A stretch of 64,000 bases of DNA from a bacterium. Its GTDB lineage: Bacteria; UBP6; UBA1177; JAKLFG01. The notes beneath the pieces were generated by a model that saw only the letters and a list, made by a program, of their open reading frames with translations, did no database searches and was not told the DNA's origin. The stretch is taken from the NCBI GenBank assembly GCA_022711315.1, contig JAKLFG010000005.1, positions 7,037 to 71,036 of the forward strand, read 5' to 3'. Shown here piece by piece: positions 28,235-34,874 of the stretch. Numbering within the stretch: the first letter of the stretch is position 1; each line of letters starts with the position of its first letter. The position numbers and the translations under genes were made by a program.

Positions 28235-28444
28235 ATGCCTATCTATGAGTATGTCTGCGCCGGTTGCGGCCGCGAGTTCGAAGTGTCGCAGAAGATGTCC
28301 GATGCGCCGCTCACCGTCTGCGAGGCGTGCGGCGGGAAACTGACCAAGAAGGTCTCGCTCGGCGCCATCGTCACCAAAAGCGCCGCCCCCTCATGCCCCG
28401 CCGGCACGAAGTCCTGCTGTCCCGGCTGTACCCACAACCACTGA
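28235..28444 (+). CDS. FmdB-family zinc-ribbon protein
   Basis: MPIYEYVCAGCGREFEVSQKMSDAPLTVCEACGG is the CxxC...CxxC FmdB signature. GGAGGAG RBS at 28224-28230. Confidence 0.8.
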   Translation: MPIYEYVCAGCGREFEVSQKMSDAPLTVCEACGGKLTKKVSLGAIVTKSAAPSCPAGTKSCCPGCTHNH

Positions 28445-28457
28445 ACGATAACCGCGT

Positions 28458-29462
28458 CTAGCGGATGAACGGCTCCTGAATAAGCCATCTGCCGTCTTTG
28501 TTCCCGGTCGCCTCTCTCTGTGCCTCGATCGTTTTTCCTTTATCGATGAAGAGCCGCAGGCCGGTGGTGTCGCGCAGGAAACTGATGTCGCCATCGGAAT
28601 CGCCCGCGCCGAAGCGGGGCCGTTTCGCTGGGTCCGCCTGCGGGCCAAAGCCTTCGGCGGAGGACCCGGGGTTGGGCCGAAAGGGATCGCCTGCGGTCAT
28701 GCCGAAGATGACGGTGTTGATCCAGCACCGTTTGCCGTCGCGGTAGGTGATCATCCGGTTCTCGCCGTCTTTCACCGGGCCGCAGCCGATGAGATCGTAG
28801 GTGAGTTTTCCGTCGGGTCCGACCACATTCTCGATGCCGATGACCCGTTCACGCGGGATGCCGACCAGCGCGGCGCAGGGATCGATGATGTACTTCGGGG
28901 TTGCCGAGACTACCCATACCTCGAAGCCGCTTTTTTTGAGGCCGTCAATAAGGTCGGCGATCTGCGGATAGATGCGGATATAGTCGGCGATGGTGTCGTT
29001 GCCGATGCGGCGGGTCGCGCCGATCGGGTTGGCGAGTTGCCGTTCAAATATCTCGCGGGATACCCGCCGTATCTGGTCGGGGGTGTTCCCGGCGAGGAGA
29101 TGACCCAACCACGCGTAGGCCGCTTCGGTGATATTCGGATCGTGTCCCGCGAAGGCGGCCTGTCCGTCGGGGGTCTTTTGAGAGTTATAGATCGTGAAGA
29201 TAGATTCGGGGGTCGCCCCTTTTTTGAGCGCCTGCACCGCCGCGTCGGTGAGATAAGGACTCGTCCGGCGCCAGTCGTCGGGGGTCGCGACCATGCCGCG
29301 GTCAAGCAGGCCGATGAAGGCGGCGTCGCCGATGTCGTTCTTGATGACGGTGTTGTCCCAGTCGAACACCGCCACCTTGCGGCCCGGTCGCCGCGATTCC
29401 TCGGCAAGAAAGGCGACGATCGCCGCGTGGTTCTTCGGGTCCCAGCCGTCGGTCTTGAGCAT
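28458..29462 (-). CDS. HAD-superfamily hydrolase (phosphatase-like)
   Basis: Motif I VAVFDWDNTVI (DxDxT) and a late GDSDGD motif. GGAGGG RBS before ATG 29462. Confidence 0.65.
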   Translation of the reverse strand: MLKTDGWDPKNHAAIVAFLAEESRRPGRKVAVFDWDNTVIKNDIGDAAFIGLLDRGMVATPDDWRRTSPYLTDAAVQALKKGATPESIFTIYNSQKTPDGQAAFAGHDPNITEAAYAWLGHLLAGNTPDQIRRVSREIFERQLANPIGATRRIGNDTIADYIRIYPQIADLIDGLKKSGFEVWVVSATPKYIIDPCAALVGIPRERVIGIENVVGPDGKLTYDLIGCGPVKDGENRMITYRDGKRCWINTVIFGMTAGDPFRPNPGSSAEGFGPQADPAKRPRFGAGDSDGDISFLRDTTGLRLFIDKGKTIEAQREATGNKDGRWLIQEPFIR

Positions 29463-29546
29463 CTCTTGTTCCCTCCAAGCGCCGCTAGACCATACCAGAA
29501 TGTCCCGATAAGCGCAAAAAACAATTGACGGAATGGAGACCAACCA

Positions 29547-29578
29547 TTAACGATACCTTAACATGTGCCGGGTATCCA
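29547..29578 (+). promoter_or_regulatory. Pho-box-like direct repeats plus -10 element upstream of the porin gene
   Basis: TTAACGATACCTTAACATG (29547-29565; TAAC repeated with 11-bp phasing), 7 nt, TATCCA (29573-29578). Near-identical architecture at 40496-40527. Confidence 0.45.
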
Positions 29579-29615
29579 TCGGACCGTACATGATGGACCT
29601 GTAATGGAGGACCGT

Positions 29616-30884
29616 ATGAAACGGATCGCGACGATGATGATCATGGCCGCCGTGCTGGCGTGGGGTTCCGCGCTGATGGGGGCCGAGGAACCGAAAAAGG
29701 ATGAGACGATCAAAGAAGAAGTAAAGAAGGAAGAACCCAAGAAAGAGGAGTCGGCGGTGCCCGACTGGGTGAAGAACATCAAATTCAAGGGCGACTTCCG
29801 GTTCCGGTATCAGTATCAGAACTACGAGGACGCGGTGAAGGATGACACGCTGGAGCGCAACCGGCTCCGCTATCGGGCGCGCATCGGGCTGGAGGCGAAG
29901 GTGAATGACTGGGCGAAGATCCACTTCGGCGTAGCGTCGGGCTCCTACGAGAGCAAGATAACAGCCGACCAGTTGGCCGGCGACTCCGATGTGAAGGCGT
30001 CGCTCGGGCAGGATCTCCGCTCGACCAACCAGACCTTCGACGATTTCTTCAGCCACAAGCCGCTCTGGATAGACTACGCCTACGCCGAATTCACGCCGTG
30101 GAGTTGGCTCACGCTCACGGGCGGCAAGATGAAGAACCCGTTCCACACCACCTCCGAACTCATCTGGGATGGCGACATCACCCCCGAGGGGGCGGCGCTC
30201 CAGTTCAAGTATGCGGTGATGGACGAACTGTCGCTCCTCGCCAACGCCGGCATCTTCATCCTCGACGAGGTGAAGGCGCTCGACGACCCGATGATGGCGG
30301 TGCTCCAGATCGGCGCGGCGCTCAAGGTATCCGACTTCGACGCGACGGCGACCCTCTCCTACTACGATCCGATGAACCTGATGAACGCCGAAGCGAACAC
30401 CGGTGAAGGCTCCAAGATGCGCGATTATGTGTCGCAGGGCTATTACTGGAAGAACATCGCCGCAGCGCTCGACGCATCATACACCATCGAGAAGAAGTAC
30501 CAGATAGGGCTCCTGGGCGAGGTGACGGCGAATCTGTACGGCCTGAACAAGGAGGCGCTCGGCGCGAAGGCCGACGACAATCTCGCCTTCTTCGTCGGGC
30601 TCAAGGGAGGCACCAAGGCGCTGGCGAACCTCGGCGATTTCCAGAGTTCGATATCCTACCGGCAACTCGGCATTTCGTCGTGGATACCGTTTCTCATCGA
30701 CGCCGACCCGCTCGACGGCAATGTGAACGCCGAAGGGATCAAGTTCGACATCAAGGCGGGGCTCTACAAGAACTTCTCGGTGGCGGCGACGCTCAACTAC
30801 TTCTGGACGCTCGACAAAGCATTCAACAAAGACAAGACCAACAAGGATCTCATCCTGCAACTCGACCTCAATTATAAGTTCTAA
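29616..30884 (+). CDS. Outer-membrane porin-like beta-barrel protein (Pho-cluster associated)
   Basis: Signal peptide, K/E-rich linker, alternating amphipathic strands, and a C-terminal ...LDLNYKF ending in Phe. GGAGG before ATG 29616. Confidence 0.6.
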   Translation: MKRIATMMIMAAVLAWGSALMGAEEPKKDETIKEEVKKEEPKKEESAVPDWVKNIKFKGDFRFRYQYQNYEDAVKDDTLERNRLRYRARIGLEAKVNDWAKIHFGVASGSYESKITADQLAGDSDVKASLGQDLRSTNQTFDDFFSHKPLWIDYAYAEFTPWSWLTLTGGKMKNPFHTTSELIWDGDITPEGAALQFKYAVMDELSLLANAGIFILDEVKALDDPMMAVLQIGAALKVSDFDATATLSYYDPMNLMNAEANTGEGSKMRDYVSQGYYWKNIAAALDASYTIEKKYQIGLLGEVTANLYGLNKEALGAKADDNLAFFVGLKGGTKALANLGDFQSSISYRQLGISSWIPFLIDADPLDGNVNAEGIKFDIKAGLYKNFSVAATLNYFWTLDKAFNKDKTNKDLILQLDLNYKF

Positions 30885-30891
30885 GTTCTCC

Positions 30892-30910
30892 TAACCGAAA
30901 ATTAACCGAA
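30892..30910 (+). promoter_or_regulatory. Tandem TAACCGAA direct repeats upstream of the response-regulator gene
   Basis: TAACCGAA at 30892-30899 and 30903-30910 (11-bp phasing). TAACA again at 30926, and TATACT at 30938-30943. Confidence 0.3.
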
Positions 30911-30977
30911 GTACTGGAAAAATCCTAACACTTTCCCTATACTTTGCCTGCGAAGCGTCAACCTTTGGGAGGTGACC

Positions 30978-31673
30978 ATGGCACGCGAACGGATACTGGT
31001 GGTCGACGACGAGCAGGACATCCTTGAACTGATCCGCTACAACCTGTCGCGCGAAGGGTATCAGCTCGACACGGTGCTGAGCGGCGAAGAGGCGATCAAG
31101 ATCGCCCGCGACCGTCACCCCGACCTCATCATCCTCGACCTCATGCTCCCCGGCATCGACGGTCTGGATGTCTGCCGCCTGCTCAAAGGCGAAACGCGCA
31201 CGGCCCACATCCCCATCATCATGCTGACGGCCAAAGGGGAGGACAGCGATGTGGTGACCGGGCTCGAACTCGGCGCCGAGGACTACATGACCAAGCCCTT
31301 CAGCCCCAAGGTGCTCATCGCGCGGGTCCGCAACATCCTGCGACGCAAGACGCGGATCGCCGAGGAGAAAGAGGTCAAGATGGTGATCATCGAGAATATG
31401 AAGATAGACCCGTCGAAGCATAAGGTGACGGTGGGGAAGGAGGAGGTCGATCTCACGGCGACCGAGTTCGCGCTCCTGATGTTCCTCGCCAAGCGGCCCG
31501 GCTGGGTCTTCACCCGCAGCCAGATCATCAACGGCGTTAAGGGCGACGACTACCCGGTGACCGACCGTTCGGTCGATGTGCAGATACTCAACCTGCGCAA
31601 GAAACTGGGCGATATGGGCGAATACATCGAAACGGTGCGCGGCGTCGGCTACCGGTTCAAGGAACTCAACTGA
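30978..31673 (+). CDS. OmpR/PhoB-family response regulator (likely the Pho regulator)
   Basis: ILVVDDEQDILELI...DLIILDLMLPGIDG...YMTKPFSPKVLIARV receiver domain plus a winged-helix C-terminus (ETVRGVGYRF). GGGAGG lies 6 nt before ATG 30978. Confidence 0.85.
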   Translation: MARERILVVDDEQDILELIRYNLSREGYQLDTVLSGEEAIKIARDRHPDLIILDLMLPGIDGLDVCRLLKGETRTAHIPIIMLTAKGEDSDVVTGLELGAEDYMTKPFSPKVLIARVRNILRRKTRIAEEKEVKMVIIENMKIDPSKHKVTVGKEEVDLTATEFALLMFLAKRPGWVFTRSQIINGVKGDDYPVTDRSVDVQILNLRKKLGDMGEYIETVRGVGYRFKELN

Positions 31674-31683
31674 GAGGCCATCC

Positions 31684-32367
31684 ATGCAACGATTCGACGG
31701 CTTTTCCAAAGAGACGCTCGCCTTTTTCGCGGGACTGAAAAAGAATAACTCCAGCGCATGGTTCGATGCGCACCGGAAGGAGTACGAGCAGTTCGTGAAA
31801 AAACCGACGCAACTGTTCGTGCAGGCGATGGAGGAGCCGCTGATGCTTCTCGACAGCGGCATCAACGCGGTGCCGAAGGTCAACCACAGCATTTTCCGGC
31901 TCAACCGCGACACCCGTTTCTCGAACGACAAGACCCCGTATAAAACGAATCTCGGCGTCTGGTTCTGGAGCGGCGTCCGGCCGCGGATGGAATGCAGCGG
32001 CTTCTACCTGCAGGTCGAGAACGGCGAAGTGATGCTCGGCACCGGGATGTATATGTTCCCCCGCGATCTTATGTCGGCCTACCGCGACGCCGTCGCCGAT
32101 CCGAAAAAGGGGACACTGCTCCTGAAGCTGGCCGGGAAGATGGAGAAAGAGGGCTACGGTATCGGCGGCGAGCACTACAAGAAGGTGCCGGCCGGTTATG
32201 ATAAGGAACTGCCGCAGGCGCGGTTCCTGCGCTACAACGGTATCTACGCCGGGTTCGAGACAAAGGTCCCCAAGGATTTCTACAGCGCGAAGTTCGTCGA
32301 CTGGTGCTTCCTCCATTTCCGGAAGACGCTGCCGCTCCACCAGTGGCTCAAGGATACGCTGGGATAG
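31684..32367 (+). CDS. DUF2461 (TIGR02453) family protein
   Basis: FSKETLAFFAGLKKNNSSAWFDAHRKEYEQFVKKP...FRLNRDTRFSNDKTPYKT is the DUF2461 signature. Confidence 0.8.
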   Translation: MQRFDGFSKETLAFFAGLKKNNSSAWFDAHRKEYEQFVKKPTQLFVQAMEEPLMLLDSGINAVPKVNHSIFRLNRDTRFSNDKTPYKTNLGVWFWSGVRPRMECSGFYLQVENGEVMLGTGMYMFPRDLMSAYRDAVADPKKGTLLLKLAGKMEKEGYGIGGEHYKKVPAGYDKELPQARFLRYNGIYAGFETKVPKDFYSAKFVDWCFLHFRKTLPLHQWLKDTLG

Positions 32368-32378
32368 ACCCTCAACAA

Positions 32379-32393
32379 TCCGGAAATTCCGGA
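32379..32393 (+). terminator. Palindrome after the DUF2461 stop (weak terminator candidate)
   Basis: TCCGGAAATTCCGGA, 12 nt after TAG 32365-32367. No clear U-tract. Confidence 0.2.
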
Positions 32394-32760
32394 TAGTTCA
32401 AAGAATGGATTCAGTTGTAAAGGGATTCTTTACATCTTGAGTTTGTCGAAACACCTTTTACTAGGTCTATACAGCGGGGCGCTTGCGACAAAAACGGGGT
32501 AAAGCTCTTCCTATCCATCTTTACAGAACGGGGAAAAGGTCTGTTTGCAGGGCGATTTTCGACAACCGCTACTATGCGGCGGAAAGGTAGGTCGCCAACA
32601 CATTGATATCATTGTTATTTTCTGACTGTCGCAAGCGGGGCGCTGCAAACAGTCGAAAATAGCCTTTCGACACACCGAGAAGATTGCTTAATATATTGTT
32701 ATTGTTGGAGATTAGCGTTCTATCGAGTTCGCGAAAAGCGGAATGCCCAATGATTACAAG

Positions 32761-32798
32761 AGTTTCCGTTTCGCATATCAGGCCTTTATGTCTCCTGC
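32761..32798. repeat. Left copy of a perfect 38-bp direct repeat (CRISPR-repeat-like)
   Basis: AGTTTCCGTTTCGCATATCAGGCCTTTATGTCTCCTGC, identical to 33448-33485. Contains the stop and last 6 codons of the lipoprotein ORF. Confidence 0.95.
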
Positions 32799-33416
32799 AG
32801 GATTGGGCTTGGTAGCCCGATAGAGAATCCTGATGTCTGCAAGGGAACCGTCATCACGACGAAACATTTCGGATTTTAGTGTGTCTGTTTCGGTTTGATA
32901 AGTGAAAACGAAACACATCACACTAGTGCATCCCCCATTTTCTACTGTGCCGATCAGGGGGTTGGCGTCCGCGGGGATAATAATGAGTTGGAAGAACTTG
33001 TCTTCAGAAAAGTAACAGCTTTTGGATTCAGGATCATATCCAGTATAGATGGTGGTATGTTCCTGATAACCACCGGGATTATTATAAACCCAGTAGCCGT
33101 CCATCATCTGGATTTCGGGCAGACAGTCGACCACATCTTGGTCAGGTTCTTCATCTGCCAGGATCTGATCGTCATCTACCGGCTCGTTATCCATCGGTTC
33201 GGTGTCGGTCTGGATGTTGTCCGTCTGGACATCATCCGGGATTTCGTTGTCCACCGGCTCGACATTGTCTGTCGGCTCGGTGTCATCCACCACGACGCTG
33301 TCGTCGGTCGGCTGGTTGTTGTCAACCGGGGGGTTGTTTTCCTCACCGCCACAGGCGATGAAGAAGATTGAGACGAAGGCAAAGAAGGCAACGAAAAAGG
33401 CGTTCTTGGCGTTCAT
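32778..33416 (-). CDS. Lipoprotein with acidic linker, unknown function
   Basis: FVSIFFIACGGEENNPPVDNNQPTDDSVVVDDTEPTD lipobox plus linker. AAGGAG RBS. The 3' end (AGDIKA-stop) lies inside the repeat. Confidence 0.6.
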   Translation of the reverse strand: MNAKNAFFVAFFAFVSIFFIACGGEENNPPVDNNQPTDDSVVVDDTEPTDNVEPVDNEIPDDVQTDNIQTDTEPMDNEPVDDDQILADEEPDQDVVDCLPEIQMMDGYWVYNNPGGYQEHTTIYTGYDPESKSCYFSEDKFFQLIIIPADANPLIGTVENGGCTSVMCFVFTYQTETDTLKSEMFRRDDGSLADIRILYRATKPNPAGDIKA

Positions 33417-33447
33417 GATAGTTCTCCTTATAGGATGTTGATAGTAA

Positions 33448-33485
33448 AGTTTCCGTTTCGCATATCAGGCCTTTATGTCTCCTGC
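33448..33485. repeat. Right copy of the perfect 38-bp direct repeat
   Basis: Base-by-base identical to 32761-32798; identity ends abruptly on both sides. Confidence 0.95.
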
Positions 33486-33491
33486 TCTTGG

Positions 33492-33519
33492 ACTTTAACC
33501 GTTAAACTTAATTGTGCAA
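33492..33519 (-). promoter_or_regulatory. Sigma70-like promoter reading into the right repeat copy
   Basis: Minus strand: TTGCAC (33519-33514), 16-nt spacer, TAAAGT (33497-33492). The predicted start is about 33484-33486, at the repeat edge. Confidence 0.35.
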
Positions 33520-33528
33520 CCATCTGAA

Positions 33529-34203
33529 TTAACTCGCCTTGCCCATCTTCGATTTCAAGAAGCCTATATGCTCCTCAAGTTTGAGTATCGCATTTTCGAC
33601 CTCCTCGACATTATTTAAGTCTTTGATTTTAATGGATATATTTCCGTTCTTCTCTTTCTCTCCCGCGCGCGTGCCTTCCTTATCCTTATTAAGTACATAG
33701 GTCTCGTACGCCCATCGGATGCCCTTCTTTTTCATCTTCTCGATCCTTACCTTGCTTCCCTCAACTGCCTTATATGTCTTGAGATATTGGCTGACTAGAC
33801 TTTCCGAATAACCGGCGAGTTCCGCTATCGCTCGCTGTATCATCCCCAGTTCCGCAAGTTTGAAGAAACTTTCCGCGATCTCCCATGCGTTCAGATCGTC
33901 CCGCTGGAGGTTTTCGATAAGCGAAAGTTCTCGGGTCTTACTTTCCGACTCTACATCGGAAATAATGGCCGGTATGGTTTCACGGCACAGTTGCACGAAT
34001 GCGCGATACCGACGATGACCGGCGATAATGAAATAGCCACTGCCATACGGCGACTTCCGCACCATGATCGGTTGCATGAGTCCGTGGGTGGTAATGCTCT
34101 TGGCAAGAGCGGCCACCCGTTCAGGGTCGATTTCCTGCCGCGGTTGACCGGGATCTTCGGTTATTTCAGAAAGAGGAAGGTCTTTCACTTCAAAGTTTTG
34201 CAT
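33529..34203 (-). CDS. ParB/Srx-fold N-terminal domain protein with HTH (ParB-like)
   Basis: GLMQPIMVR...IIAGHRRYRA...SLIENLQRDDLN (ParB boxes), then HTH-like MIQRAIAELAGYSESLVSQYL. AGGAGG RBS. Confidence 0.8.
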   Translation of the reverse strand: MQNFEVKDLPLSEITEDPGQPRQEIDPERVAALAKSITTHGLMQPIMVRKSPYGSGYFIIAGHRRYRAFVQLCRETIPAIISDVESESKTRELSLIENLQRDDLNAWEIAESFFKLAELGMIQRAIAELAGYSESLVSQYLKTYKAVEGSKVRIEKMKKKGIRWAYETYVLNKDKEGTRAGEKEKNGNISIKIKDLNNVEEVENAILKLEEHIGFLKSKMGKAS

Positions 34204-34286
34204 AGTTTTCGATGCCTCCTAAAAAATGGGAAAGTAAAAATATCCGAAGAACACCGCGTATTTCCGGCCTCCCTCGAAAATAACGG

Positions 34287-34315
34287 TTGACATTTCCCCG
34301 TTGATACCTCAATCT
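34287..34315 (+). promoter_or_regulatory. Candidate promoter of the small-ORF/RT-Cas1 operon
   Basis: TTGACA (34287-34292), 17-nt spacer, weak CAATCT (34310-34315). Followed by a ~170-nt leader containing GTTTC-N7-GAAAC (34353-34369) and GTGCGG-ACC-CCGCAC (34383-34397). Confidence 0.25.
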
Positions 34316-34487
34316 GGAGAAAGAACCCGATGCTCATTTTATCTTTTCTGATGTTTCAGTCAAGGAAACCGTCGGGCTTCTTGTGCGGACCCCGCACCGG
34401 GGTGTCGCGAGGCGGGTCCAGCCGGCGAAATATGGACCCGAACGGTGCAACACGAAAAAACAGTAACTACTTTTGTGAGGTGGTGTT

Positions 34488-34874
34488 ATGCCGTTGTGTA
34501 CCGTTACCGGTATCGAGATGATGCTCAATGAGGCCTATGTACTTGATCTGTATGAGATTAAGCGGGCCGTCCGTGAGTGCAAGAACCGGCTCGCCGCCTT
34601 GGAGCGTCTTGAGCGCGACTACGGCACCCGCGATGTTTTGGAGCGGAAACAGCCCGGCACCGGCCGGATCGAGAAGGCGGTGTTCTATCGGCTGGTTTGT
34701 GAAAGCGCCGCCGCCGAACTTTCCCGCGTCTATCCCAGCCGTCGATTGTTCCTGAGATTCGATGAGTTCCTGTACCTGCGCCGCCGCCGCATCGAAGACT
34801 CGGCATGTCGCGGACAGAATGATCAGCGCCGCGAAAGTCCGCACGATGAGGGAGGCGGCCATGAACAAACATGA
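34488..34874 (+). CDS. 128-aa unknown protein, translationally coupled to the RT-Cas1 gene
   Basis: GAGGTGG RBS at 34477-34483. Predicted helical/coiled (LDLYEIKRAVRECKNRLAALERLERDYG). The stop TGA 34872-34874 overlaps ATG 34861 of the next gene (ATGAACAAACATGA). Confidence 0.5.
   Translation: MPLCTVTGIEMMLNEAYVLDLYEIKRAVRECKNRLAALERLERDYGTRDVLERKQPGTGRIEKAVFYRLVCESAAAELSRVYPSRRLFLRFDEFLYLRRRRIEDSACRGQNDQRRESPHDEGGGHEQT

Noticed and set aside
32400-32760. Retron msr/msd hypothesis for the structured AT-rich region.
   Set aside because: The region is 2 kb from the RT, with two opposite-strand genes in between. The complementary segments are not arranged as the a1/a2 flanking inverted repeats of a retron. 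The RT is not retron-type by its motifs.
32761-33485. Diversity-generating retroelement hypothesis, with the 38-bp repeats as a TR/VR pair.
   Set aside because: The copies are perfectly identical with no adenine-specific mismatches. They are far shorter than typical TR/VR pairs. The RT is not DGR-sized and no Avd-like gene is present.
34488-34874. Small ORF as Cas2.
   Set aside because: There is no beta-alpha-beta-beta-alpha-beta ferredoxin-like pattern and no N-terminal catalytic Asp after a first beta strand. The sequence looks all-helical.
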